Shown here one piece after another: positions 26,191-38,327 of a stretch of 64,000 nt of DNA. The stretch comes from Azolla caroliniana (taxonomy: Eukaryota; Plantae; Polypodiophyta): contig JBHGNT010000018.1 of assembly GCA_043228905.1 (NCBI GenBank), positions 6,448,001 through 6,512,000 of the forward strand, written 5' to 3'. Position 1 is the stretch's first letter; the number at the start of each line of letters is the position of its first letter. The position numbers and the translations under genes were made by a program. The notes under the pieces are model-generated. The model ran no database searches and was not told the origin of the DNA. It worked only from the letters and a program-made list of their open reading frames with translations.

Positions 26191-27318
26191 CATAAATAAA
26201 TTACATATTACATATCATATAATCCATACATATTACACGATATACAAATTTACATACATTACATATATACATGCATGATGCATACATGCATTACATTACA
26301 CATACATACATACTTACATATATACATACATACATATATATATATTGCATATGTACATACATATTCCACATATCGCCATATATATATAGGTTATATGCGA
26401 CCATGCAAACTACAATACTTACATATATACATACATCGGATATATGAGTGCATATTACGTACATATTACAAACATACATCCATAAACGATCCATACAAAT
26501 ACATATGCACGTATATATGTATTTATTGTATGTATATATTGTGTTGTATGCACGAATACACACACATAACACATATACACATACACACATGCCATACAAA
26601 GAATACATACAATAAATCCACATGCACATGTAAAGAACATACATGCACACATGCACACACGCACACACAAGCCATACATACAATACATACAAGTTTACAA
26701 CACATTTAATACAATACAATATGTACATACAGAAACATACATGTATACACATGCAATACAATACATACATATGTACATAAATAGAAAATACACACATACA
26801 TAACACATACATACATAGACATATTATATATATACAATACGTAATACATACATTAGAACATACACGCACATGATATATATGTATAATACATTCAATATAT
26901 ACTTAAGTACATGTATAAAACATACACACCCATATAACCCATACATACACACACACATGATATATATGTATAATACATTCAATATATACTTAAGTACATG
27001 TATAAAACATACACACCCATATAACCCATACATACACACACACATGCAATACAATACATACATATGCACATACATAGAACACACACAAGCACATAACACA
27101 TACCATACACACAATACATACAATACAATATGTACATACACACACATGCCATACATACAATATATACAATGCAATTATACAATATGTACATTCATACATA
27201 CACACAACACATATATATATACACATGCACATATATACAACATAGACACACATATATACAACTATACACACACACATAACACATACATACATGTACATAC
27301 ACACATGCCATACATATA
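26105..27318. repeat. (CA/TA)-rich degenerate satellite (part of DNA transposon copy 3)
   Basis: Reverse complement of the 10220-11960 satellite type; includes a ~87-bp duplication near 26865-27045. Confidence 0.85.
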
Positions 27319-28104
27319 GTACATACAATAAACGTGCGGAAGCGTTCGACAAACCGGCTTAGCTGGATAGCAACAAAAGATGAGAAGAAAAGTTAACACA
27401 CATAGAGAGAGTATGCGTACACAGGAGAGGGAGAGATAGAATGTAAACTGTGTTCAAAGATACTCTCTCTCTATACAATGTGCTAGACAACACTATTTAT
27501 ACAATTCCTTAAAGGATTGACAAAAGTACAATGTACTTCAATGCTCCTACGAGCGACTGACACTAACTCCCAAACATATGCCTACATATTAGGCTGGATC
27601 CATAGGCCTCTAACGGTCTACCGGTTTCAATCCGATCCGGCTCCTGGTTCCGGATATTATCCGGACACCAATCCGGTTCTCCGTTTCGTATACTGATCCG
27701 GCTCTGGCTTATTCAGTTGATCCAGATCTGGTTGAGCTTGCTCGCTCAACAATATACATACCCACGGGCCACATGCATTGTTAGGATTTTGGTCCCTCCC
27801 GATGGGATATGAGTACCCGGCAACGGAAGACCCGGTGAGAACCGGATGATGAGTACCGGGCAATGGAAGACCCGGTGAGAACCGGATGATGAGTACCCGA
27901 CAAGGAAGACCCGGTGAGAACCTCTACCGATTTCAATCCAATCCGGCTCTTGGTTCCGGATATTATCCGGACACCGATCCGGTTATCCGTCCGGATACCG
28001 ATCCGGTTCTCCGTCTGGATACCGATCCGGTTCTCCGTCCGGATACCGATCCGGCTCTGGCTTATTCAGCTGATCCAGATCTGGTTGAGCTTGCTCGCTC
28101 AACA
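27319..28104 (-). mobile_element. Copia-type solo LTR with internal/junction duplication
   Basis: Minus strand starts tgttgagcgagcaagctcaac and ends near cttccgcacg, like LTR 62126-62536; flanked by atata; ~27617-27925 is duplicated. Confidence 0.6.
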
Positions 28105-28441
28105 ATATACATACCCACGGGCCACATGCATTGTTAGGATTTTGGTCCCTCCGGATGGGATATGAGTACCTGGCAACGGAAGACCCGATGAGAACCAGAT
28201 GATGAGTACCCGATAAGGAAGACCCGGTGAGAACCGAATGACGCAGGCCCGGTGAGAACCTCTCACCGGATGAAGGGACATATATGTAAATATGTTTTTG
28301 TTAGCCCTTGTGGCTATATTAGTAAATAGCTCGAAAGCCATATTAGTATAAATATGACCTAGGGCAAACAGAGATATAGTTTTTTTCGTTGTCATCATCA
28401 TTGTATAGAGTTATGGTGTGTAACTACTATACAGAGACAGG

Positions 28442-28475
<34 letters not shown>

Positions 28476-28520
28476 AAGAGCGAGTCTTTGCTGTAACTGG
28501 CGCCAGGCAAATATTGTGAG

Positions 28521-31500
28521 TGTTGAGAATCAAGCTCAACTTGGTCTAGTGTGTGAACTCACCTTGAGAGTGAATAGACACTCCAACGGTCAAGAGTCAC
28601 CATTATGTCACCTCTTTGTATTCTAGCATTTAGTATGAGTCATAGAGTCATATTCTATGACACATAACTTATGAGCTTTCACATTCCCCATTCTCCATGA
28701 GTCTTGTAGTTAATGAAGAGAGAGGGTGACTATATAAAGCACCCTCCTCCCACCTTGTATTGTTGTTGAGTCTTTGTCCTTTGTTAATACAATCTACCTT
28801 GTGTATACTTTGTGTCTTACTTCTCTCTCTCTCTCATACATACACAGTTCACACCTATTCCGCTACACAAGAATCATACCCAATTCTTTACATGGTATCA
28901 GAGCGATTTGGTAGCTTGATCTAGCCCACTCGCCTCATCGTGATCGTGTGTTGTGCTCCACGCCGACGACCAAGAACCGGCTCATCGTTATCGTAGCTTC
29001 GCTACATAGCTCGCATTCGAAGATAGAAGAAGAAGAACAAGAACAAAAATCGACATAATGAATACTCAAATGGGGAGCGCCATCCCTACAGAGAAGTTGG
29101 ATCGAAACAACTTCGCATCTTGGGAGTACAAGATGCACCAATACCTTGTCGGACAAGGCTATTGGAGCTACATCAAAGGAGCACATGAAGACCGACCCGC
29201 CGAAGCGGCTCCTGGATACGCGACATGGGAGCAAGCTGCAAGCCGCGTGATGTATTGCTTGGTGACATGTGTTCACGATCACATGCTCGGCTACATTCGC
29301 GAAGCCAAGACGCCAAAGGAGGCATGGGAAAATCTAAGAAAGATTTTCACAGCGAACACAACTGCAAGAAGGCTTCAACTTCGCCAAGAGTTGAACAACA
29401 TTCAACAAAGGGACATGTCCATCATGACATACACCTCGAAGATCAAGGAGCTTTGCGATTCGCTCGGCTCAATAAGCGTAAATATCGATGATGATGAGAT
29501 GGTTCAAATATGCCTCGGCGGCCTCGCACCACGGTTCGGCGCGACGCGAACCGCCGTTCTAGCATGGGAGAAACCTCCCTCCTTCTTCGAGCTCCAATCA
29601 ATGCTATTGGTCGAAGAAAACCACGTGTGTACAAGGAGCAATGAGTCGGAAGGCCACATGCTCTACACGCACTCGAACGGAGGAAGAGGATGCGGACGGT
29701 TGAGAGGCCGATTCGGCCAAGGACAAGGCGGACGAGGTCGGAACTACGATAACAACTCCCAATTACGGCCGCAAAACGGAAGCCAACGAGGAACCTTCGC
29801 AAGAAGGGGGAGCTTCCACTCTGGCCCGAGCCCTCAAAACGCAACCGAATGTGGATATTGCGGAAAGCTCGGCTACCACGAAGAAGAGTGCCGAAAGAAG
29901 ATGCGTGAATCGGCTTCCAGAAGCCGACAACTCATGAATTACGCACACAATTCCGACTACGAAGAGTATAGCGGAATGTACGGGAACAACTCCGACTACG
30001 AAGATCGTGGCAGAATGTATGCACGCAACTCCGACTGTGGCGGAATGTTCATGATGAAACATAGAGCAAACTCTATGTCGGCCTCTACCTCAACTCGTGC
30101 CCTCAATCCGGAGGACGTATGGTTTGTTGACTCCGGAGCCTCAAACCATATGACATCCCACAAAGAATGGTTTGTTGAACTTCGAGAGCCAAACCGACCT
30201 GGCTATGTTGAAACCAGAGATGACACTACGCACCCGATTCGGCACATCGGCAATGTTCTGTTCGGCGAAAGAGGTAAGCAAACATACATTAAAAATGTCT
30301 TGCATGTTCCCACCATCACGAAGAACTTAGTCTCAGTCGGCCAAATGATTGAGCAAGGGATGCAAGTACGATTCGACCAAGAAGGGTGCTTCATCGAAAA
30401 AGAAGGCCGAATCATCGCACGCGGAAGAAGAGAGGGCCGGATGTTCATTCTCGATTCACACGAGATGAAATCTGCCATGTTTGCAGAAAGCACAAAAGCC
30501 AACTCCGACATAGAGCTATGGCACAAGCGAATCGGCCACATCAATCTCAACAAACTCAAAGCAATGAAATCGAAAGGAGTAGTCATCGGACTCCCGACAT
30601 TCAAAGAGAAGGAGATTGAAGGTGTATGCGAAGCGTGCCAATTCAGCAAGCAACACCGACACCCATTCCTGAAAGAGTGGAACGTGAGCAAAGGTCTACT
30701 TGACGTAGTCCATTCCGACGTATGGGGACCAGCGTAGACGGCTACATTCGGCGGATGCTCTTCATCGATGACTTCTCCAGGCACACTTGGATCTACCCGA
30801 TGCGGCAAAAGAGCGAAGTGTTCGGACACTTCCAAACATTCAAGAATGAAGTCGAGAAAGCCATGGGCCGACATGTACGATGCCTTTGATCGGATGGCGG
30901 CAAGGAGTACTTCTCGGACGATTTCACGACGTATCTCCGAAAGGAAGGAATTCAGCGAGAATTCACTTGCCGACACACTTCGCAACAAAACGGAGTAGCT
31001 GAGCGCAAAAATCGGCACATGCTGGAAGTAGCGTGGGCCATGATGAACAAGAAGCATATGCCCAAGTCATATTGGGCCGAAGCTGCAAATATGGCCGTCT
31101 ACCTAATGAATCGATGCACAACATCCGGCGTGCACGAGGTCACTCCGCACGAAAAGTACTTCGGAAAGAAGCCGGACTTATCGCACACCCGGATATTCGG
31201 TGTGATAACGTACGTGCACATCCCCAAAGAGAAGCGTCAAAAGCTTGACCGGATGTCGCAGAATTGTATCCTTGTAGGATACTCACTGGAGCAAAAGGGG
31301 TACAAGTGCTACAACCCTTCAACTCGAAAATCTCGAGTATGTCGAGACGTCATTTTTGACGAGTCTGCATCCTGGTATGCACTAGAGACAACTCCGCATC
31401 CGACTCCGCTCGACCCAGAATCCGCCGAACAAGAGATATAGGATGAAGATCGCCTTATGCGCATGTTCGAAGAAAGTCCGATCACGACCCGACTGAGCGG

Positions 31501-33944
31501 ACCACAAGAGCCTTTGAGCGATCAAAGCCCTCATCTCTGCAAATGAAAAGCTTCGCCGATCCACCCGTGAAAAGAACCTCGTAAGCCGATTCGGCTACAA
31601 CGATTATATGGCATACCATTAAGCCTTTATGATGAAGGTAGTGACAGTAAGGGAGCCGGTAACCTTTTCCGAAGCCGCGAAGGACCCGCGATGGATCGAA
31701 GCAATGAACGAGGAGATGCAGGCACTATGAAAGAACGAGACGTGGGATCTCATTCCCACCTCACCACACAAAAAGGCGATCGGATGCAGATGGATTTACA
31801 AAGTGAAGTACAACGCCGACGCGGAAGACAATCCGTTTCGATCACTACTTCGGCTCCGATCAAATAATCTCGATCCGATTTGATTTCCGATACGACTCCC
31901 CAGGTTCCATCAACCGCTACAAAGCGTGACTCATAGAGAAAGGCTACGCACAAACGCACGGAGTTGACTAAGAGGAGACCTTTGCCCCGGTGGCAAAGAT
32001 GACGACGGTACGAACTGTACTTGCGCTTGCCGCGGCGAAAGGGTGGCACCTCCATCAAATGGACGTCAAGAACGCCTTTCTCCAAGGAGAATTAGAAGAG
32101 GAAGGTGTACATGATCTAACCACCCGACTTCAACTTGAGCACCCATTTGAAGTTGTTTGCCGACTCAAGAAGTCACTCCACAGCCTCAAGCAAGCACCGC
32201 GTGCTTGGCATTCGAAGATAACACAATATCTTCATCAAATTGGCTTCCGTATGTCAAAATCGGACAACTCCATCTACATACGAAGTGATTTCGCAAGTCC
32301 GATCGTCATCATCTTATATGTGGATGACCTAGTCATTGGAGGTGAGCATCTCGTCGAAATCAATAATGTCAAATCCCTCCTTTCCGACAAGTTCGAGATG
32401 ACGGACATGAAGGAACTCTGGGCGGAATCATGATTTCTCAACGGCACTACATCCTTAACTTGTTATACAAGTTCAGTATGGCTAAGTGCAAATCCGTGAC
32501 AACCCTGCTCAATCGTAATCTCAAACTAGATGCGAACTCCGGCACCAAAGCGTGTGAGCCGACTCAGTATCGGCAACTCATCGGGAGTCTCATGTACCTC
32601 ACGATTACTCGACCTGATCTTAGTTATCCGGTCGGTCTCCTTAGTCAATTCATGCAAACACCGCGTGAGACTCACTTGGATTGTGCTAAGCGAGTTCTAC
32701 GATACGTGAACGACACAATGGATTGCGGCATCCTCTACAAGTCGGCAATGCCAATACGCCTCGAGGGGTACACAGACGCCGATTCGGCCTGCTACAAAGC
32801 CGATAGAAGATCAACCTCCGGATTTGTTTTCTCCCTCGGCAACGGAGCAATATCTTGGAGTAGCAAGAAGAAGCCTACCATCGCTCTTTCGAGTACGGAG
32901 GCGGAATATAGGGGCGCAGCTGTAGTTGCGTGTGAAGCCGTATGGCTCAAGAGGATTTTGAAGGATCTGGGCGTACCCATCAAGGATCCGACTTCCCTTT
33001 ATTGCGACAAAATGAGCAATATCTATCTGGCTCGGAACCCGGTGTTCCACGCGCGGACAAAGCACATCGAAGTGCACTATCACCTCATCCGAGAGTGCGT
33101 TCTAGTTGGCGATGTCGACCTACAACACATTTGCACAAATCTTCAAACGCCCGACATCTTCACTAAAGCCTTACGAGCCGACAAGCTGTGGCAATTCATG
33201 ACCGATCTCGGATTGACGATCCTTGACCTGCCAACCTTGAGGGGGAGTACTGAAGACATTACGCAATAACACGTGGATTCCGCAAACCACGCACATTACC
33301 GAATAACGTGTGGATTCCGCAAGCCGCGCACACTATGCAAGAATGCGTGGATTACGCAATCACGCAACGAAGCCGCGAAGAGCTGATCTACCGCGCAAAG
33401 CCGCGAAGAAAGACGCAAGCCGAAGCACAAACTTCGCAACTACGCACAACGCAAGCTGGAGCACGGATTCCGCAACTCCGCATAAATGCGAGTCAACGCG
33501 GACTCCGGAACGCGAGTTGAAGTGGATTTCGGATACCGTCTGAAACCGAGCCGACTTGAGCTTGAGGGGGCATGTTGAGAATCAAGCTCAACTTGGTCTA
33601 GTGTGTGAACTCACCTTGAGAGTGAATAGACACTCCAATGGTCAAGAGTCACCATTATGTCACCTCTTTGTATTCTAGCATTTAGTATGAGTCATAGAAT
33701 CATATTCTATGACACATAACTTATGAGCTTTCACATTCCCCATGCTCCATGAGTCTTGTAGTTAATGAAGAGAGAGGGTGACTATATAAAGCACTCTCCT
33801 CCCACCTTGTATTGTTGTTGAGTCTTTGTCCTTTGTTAATACAATCTACCTTGTGTATACTCTGTGTCTTACTTCTCTCTCTCTCTCATACATACACAGT
33901 TCACACCTATTCCGCTACACAAGAATCATACCCGATTCTTTACA
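28521..33944 (+). mobile_element. Full-length Ty1/copia retrotransposon (disrupted gag-pol)
   Basis: Near-identical LTRs 28521-28892 and 33573-33944; TSD GTGAG; PBS tggtatcagagc at 28893 (tRNA-iMet); PPT gaggggg; domain order gag-PR-IN-RT-RH. Confidence 0.95.
29058..33269 (+). pseudogene. gag-pol: copia gag-pol polyprotein with stops and frameshifts
   Basis: CGYCGKLGYHEEEC, WFVDSGAS, LWHKRIGH, VHSDVWGP, HQMDVKNAFL, YVDD, ALSSTEAEY, RTKHIEV. Confidence 0.9.
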
Positions 33945-34448
33945 GTGAGCAAGAGGTTGTTGCCTCTGTGTTGACTTGTTGTATTCCTCTCGACATAGTG
34001 ATAGTTGGAGGTTTGTGGACTCCGGTGGTTTTTCCCATTTAGGGTTTTCCACGTAAACATACTGTGTACCCTCTCTCATATTGTTTGTGTGTATGTGTAT
34101 TCACCTCCATTCCCATTCTCGGTGTTCGTTTCGAAACGACACGATCTGAGAATCGGTTGTGGCCGCGTAATATTCTGCTTATTTCGCGTCAATCTAGTAT
34201 TAGAGCAAAACGACACGGAAAATGGAAGATTCGTTGGGAGGCATGTTCAAGAGAGAAGGAAAACAATTATCCCTAGCAAGAGTCAAGTCGAGCTTGCTAG
34301 ATGAGGAGGCACGTCGGAAAGACAAGGATACGAGCTCCAACTTCAAAGCGCTCCTTACCGAATCGAACGCGGAAGACCAAGGAACTAGAGTCCCCAGAAC
34401 CGGGAAAAGTTGGGGACATGGTCATAGTCAAGGGGAAGGCCCACTTGC

Positions 34449-35063
34449 TGTTGGGAGATAGGTCCCTCCGGATGGGAAGGGTGAGAACCGGATGAGGAGT
34501 ACCCAGCTACGGAGAACCAGATGGTGCAGACTCGGTGAGAACCGGATGAGGAGTACCCGGCTACGGAGAGCTGGATGGTGCAGACCCGGTGAGGAATGCT
34601 CACCGGATGAAGAGACATATTCGTAAATATGTTTCTGAGAGTCCATCGAGGCTATATTTGTAAATAGCCGGAAAGTCATATTAGTATAAATATGACTTAG
34701 GGCAAACTTTTAGAAAACAGTAATTGTCATTCTTGTTGGTGTAAGAAAAGAGAGAGTGCGTAACTGTGTACAGAGAGAGAGAGAGAACGAGGTCGTTGCC
34801 TCTGTTGTAACCGCCGCCTGTGGTGAAGATCGTGAGCACGAGGTTGTCGCCTCCGTGAACTCACTGTTGTACATTCTAACATAGTGTTAGTTTGTAGCCT
34901 GTGGGCTATCGTGGTTTTTCCCTTAGTTTGGGTTTTCCACGTTAAACATCCTGTGTACATTTTCCTCTCCTTTGTGTCGTGTGCTTTATTTCCGTTTTCT
35001 GTGTATGATTCTAAGCTCGGTTGTGGCCGAGCGTTGCGTAAAGGGAGCGTGCAGTTCTCGTCA
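34449..35063 (+). mobile_element. Solo LTR
   Basis: TG...CA ends; exact TSD CTTGC (34444-34448 and 35064-35068); related to the 28132/37270 LTRs. Confidence 0.85.
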
Positions 35064-38059
35064 CTTGCTTCTATAGCGGCAAGCCGGGATACTTTCAGAA
35101 GAACTGTCAGCACTTCCGAAAAGACAAGGAAACCAACAGTACCGTTTCGAAGCGCTCACCGGACCGGAACGGTAAAGACCGGAGGGGACTGGACCGGAAG
35201 GGAATGACGGCAATCGTGGCAAGTGAAGAAGAGTTGATGCTTATCACCGAGGAGAGTGAGTTGAATCTTGCCGGCGACGAGACAACATGGGTTGTCGATT
35301 CCGGAGCGTTGTTCCACCTAACCTTGGACCAGAAATGCTTCTCATCCTACACAACTGGTGAGCACGGCTGTGTCCAGATGGGGAATGAAGGGACATGCCG
35401 AATTATCAGCATAGGAGATGTGTTGACGACATCAACCGGATGCAAGCTGCTACTGAAGGATGTTTGACATTATTTGGAGGTTCGACTGAACCTAATATCA
35501 GCCGATCGGCTAGATGATGAAGGCTACACGGGTAGCATCCGGAATGGAGTCATGAAGTTCAGCAAAGGGAGGTTAATAGTGGCTCGGGCTCGGAAAGTCA
35601 ACACTCTGTACCTAATGAATGCCCGGTTATGCCGGGAAGAAGTGAACGTGGCATCCGACACTGCCGGTGAGTTGTGGCACAAGAGACTGTGTCACATGAG
35701 CGAGAAGGGGATGAGGAGGCTTGCCGATGACAGCCTCATTCCGGTGAAAGACGTGCATCTTGAGAGGTGCACCGATTGCCTGGCCGGTAAGCAAAACCGG
35801 ACCTCTTTCCGATCAAGGCCACCGATGAGACGTAATGCACCACTGGAGCTGGTGCATACCCGAACCGACTTTCGAATGACGAAAACACATCGAGGACATT
35901 CATACGTAAAGGGGTTCCAGCAGAAGAAGGGAGTGGACTTCGACGAGATATTTGCCCCGGTAGTAAAGATGACTTCCATCCGGACGGTGTTGAGCATAGT
36001 GGCAAGCATGGACCTCGAGGTAGAGCAGTTAGACGTGAAGATGGCGTTCCTCCACAGCGACCTCGAAGAGGAGATCTACATGGAGCAACCGGAGGGATTT
36101 GTAAAGAAAGGGAAGGAGCACCTAGTTTGCCAGTTGAAGAAGAGCCTCTACGGTTTGAAGCAGGCTCCTTGTCAATGGTACCGGAAGTTCGACTCCTTCA
36201 TGACGGATCAAGGATACCACAAGACGTAGGCCGATTACTGCGTGTTTGTGAAGAAGTTTGAAGGTGGAGACTTCTTGATACTCCTCTTGTACGTGGACGA
36301 GACCAAGTTGGACGAGACCATGTGAAGATACGGACGCTGAAGAAGGCTCTGAACCGGACCTTCTCAATGAAAGACTTGGGTACGGCAAGATAGATATTAG
36401 GGATGCATATCATCCGGGACCGGTCAAAGAACCAATTGTGGCTATCACAGTAGAAGTACGTGACAAAGATGCTTCAGCGGTTCAACATGTCACATGCGAA
36501 ACCGGTCGGATCGACACTCTCGACAAACTGTAGGTTATCTGGTAAGCAAAACCCGAAGACGAAGGCAGAGAAGGTGGATATAATGAAGATACCATATGCC
36601 TATGCCATCGGGAGCTTAATGTACGCAATGGTGTGTACCCGACCGGATATCGGATACGTAGTCGAAGTGGTGAGCCGGTTTATGAGCAATCCCAGCAAGG
36701 AGCACTGGAATGCGGTAAAATGGATACTCTGATACTTGAAAGGCACCTCAAATATGTGTCTCCGATTCGGCTCTGGTAAACCCCAACTTGACAGTTTCAC
36801 TGACTTGGATATGTCAGCTGATGCGGATATCAGCCAGTCAACATCGGGATATGTGATGACATATGCAGGGGGAGCTGTTTAGTGGTAGTTGAGGCTGCAG
36901 AAGACGGTTGCGTTGTCAACCACGGAGGCGGAGTACATGGGAGCTGTGGAAGCCAGCAAGGAAATATTATGGATGAAGGACGTCATTGGAGAGCTAGGGA
37001 TCCGGCGAGAGGAATACCAGCTCTACTGCGATAGTCAGAGTGCCATCCACCTTGCAAAGAACGCAGCCTACCATTCCCGGACGAAGCACATCCAGCGCAG
37101 GTACCACTAGATCCGGGAGTGAGTAGAAGATCGAGAGTTCGTGTTGACGAAGATCCACATGGAGGAGAACGGGTTGGATATCCTGACCAAAGTGTTGACA
37201 CCCGACAAGCTAGATGCATGCCGGAAGAGGATCGGATTGATGAGGCATCCCATGCTGGAAGGAGGAGTTTGTTAGGCTTTTGGTCTCTCCATATGGGATA
37301 TGAGTACTTGGCAACGGAAGACCCAATGAGAACCGGATGATGAGTACTCGGCAAGGAAGACCCGCTGAGAACCTCTCACCGGATGAAGGAACATATATGT
37401 AAATATGTTTCTATTAGCCCTTGTGGCTCTATTTGTAAATAGCCTGAAAGTCATATTAGTATAAATATGACCTAGGGCAAACAGAGATATAGTTTTTTTC
37501 GTTGTCATCATCATTGTATAGAGTTATGGTGTGTAACTACTGTACAAAGACAAAGTGAGTGAGTGAGATATATATATATATATATATATATAGAGCGAGT
37601 CTCTGTTGTAACTGCCGCTAGGCAAAGATTGTGAGCAAGAGGTTGTTGCCTCTGTGTTCACCTGTTGTATTCCTCTCGACATAGTGATAGTTGGAGTTTT
37701 GTGAACTCCCGTGGTTTTTCCCATTTAGGGTTTTCCACGTAAATATATTGTGTACCCTCTCTCATATTATCTGTGTGTACGTGTATTCACCTCCATTCCC
37801 ATTCTCAGTGTTTGATTCGAAACGACATGATCTGAGACTCGGTTGTGGCCGCATAATATTCCACTTATTTCGTGTCATGCACACATACATGCATACATAA
37901 ACACACACACACACACACATACGCTACAACGCTATTTTAAAAATGCCAATTGTTTTAAAAAGTGAGGGAAGAAAGAGGGGCAGGGGGGAAGACTACATAG
38001 ATATGTGTTGTGTTTTAGCAAAAAGTAAGGGGGGAAAAGAGGAAAATGGGGAGTGAGAG

Positions 38060-38327
38060 TGGTTTTGAACATTTAGTTAGACATAGTTCATACTTTGAAG
38101 GGTCAATGGGATGGTATACTTGGAGATTCTGAGGCTAAAATTGCTCAACAGAGTGAGTTTCTTATTATCTGGACAACTACTCCATTTTTTACATCCAATT
38201 ATGACACTCCTTATTGGCATTTTCAACCGCCGAAATGGTTGTTTCCCCCGCCAATCACATAGAGGTTTAAAATCTTGTAAATTGTTTATACTAATGATAG
38301 GATATCTTTAAAAAAAAGAAAAAAAAA
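38060..38327 (+). mobile_element. 5'-truncated L1-like LINE 3' end with poly(A)
   Basis: Similar to 25957-26060; A-rich tail 38310-38327; TSD ggggag(t/a)gagag at 38048-38059 and 38328-38339. Confidence 0.75.

Larger units (their letters stand above)
28132..37877 (+). mobile_element. Degenerate Ty1/copia element with nested insertions
   Basis: 5' LTR 28132-34191 (split by the 28521-33944 insertion), 3' LTR 37270-37877; TSD tgcat/tgcac; degenerate PBS; pol remnants 35204-37250 (WVVDSGA, LWHKRLCH, QLDVKMAFL, YVD, ALSTTEAEY, RTKHI); integrase core deleted. Confidence 0.85.
14907..37930 (-). mobile_element. DNA transposon family copy 3 (reverse orientation), fragmented by nested insertions; far end not located
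   Basis: Terminus cctgagggcttcac at 14907; continues at 19644-20225 and 26191-27318 as the reverse complement of copy 2 sequence; satellite resumes at 37878. Confidence 0.55.

Noticed and set aside
30203-31057. 284-aa minus-strand ORF, and similar antisense ORFs such as 41702-42916 and 49937-50599
   Set aside because: Shadow frames of retrotransposon sequence with no independent motifs.
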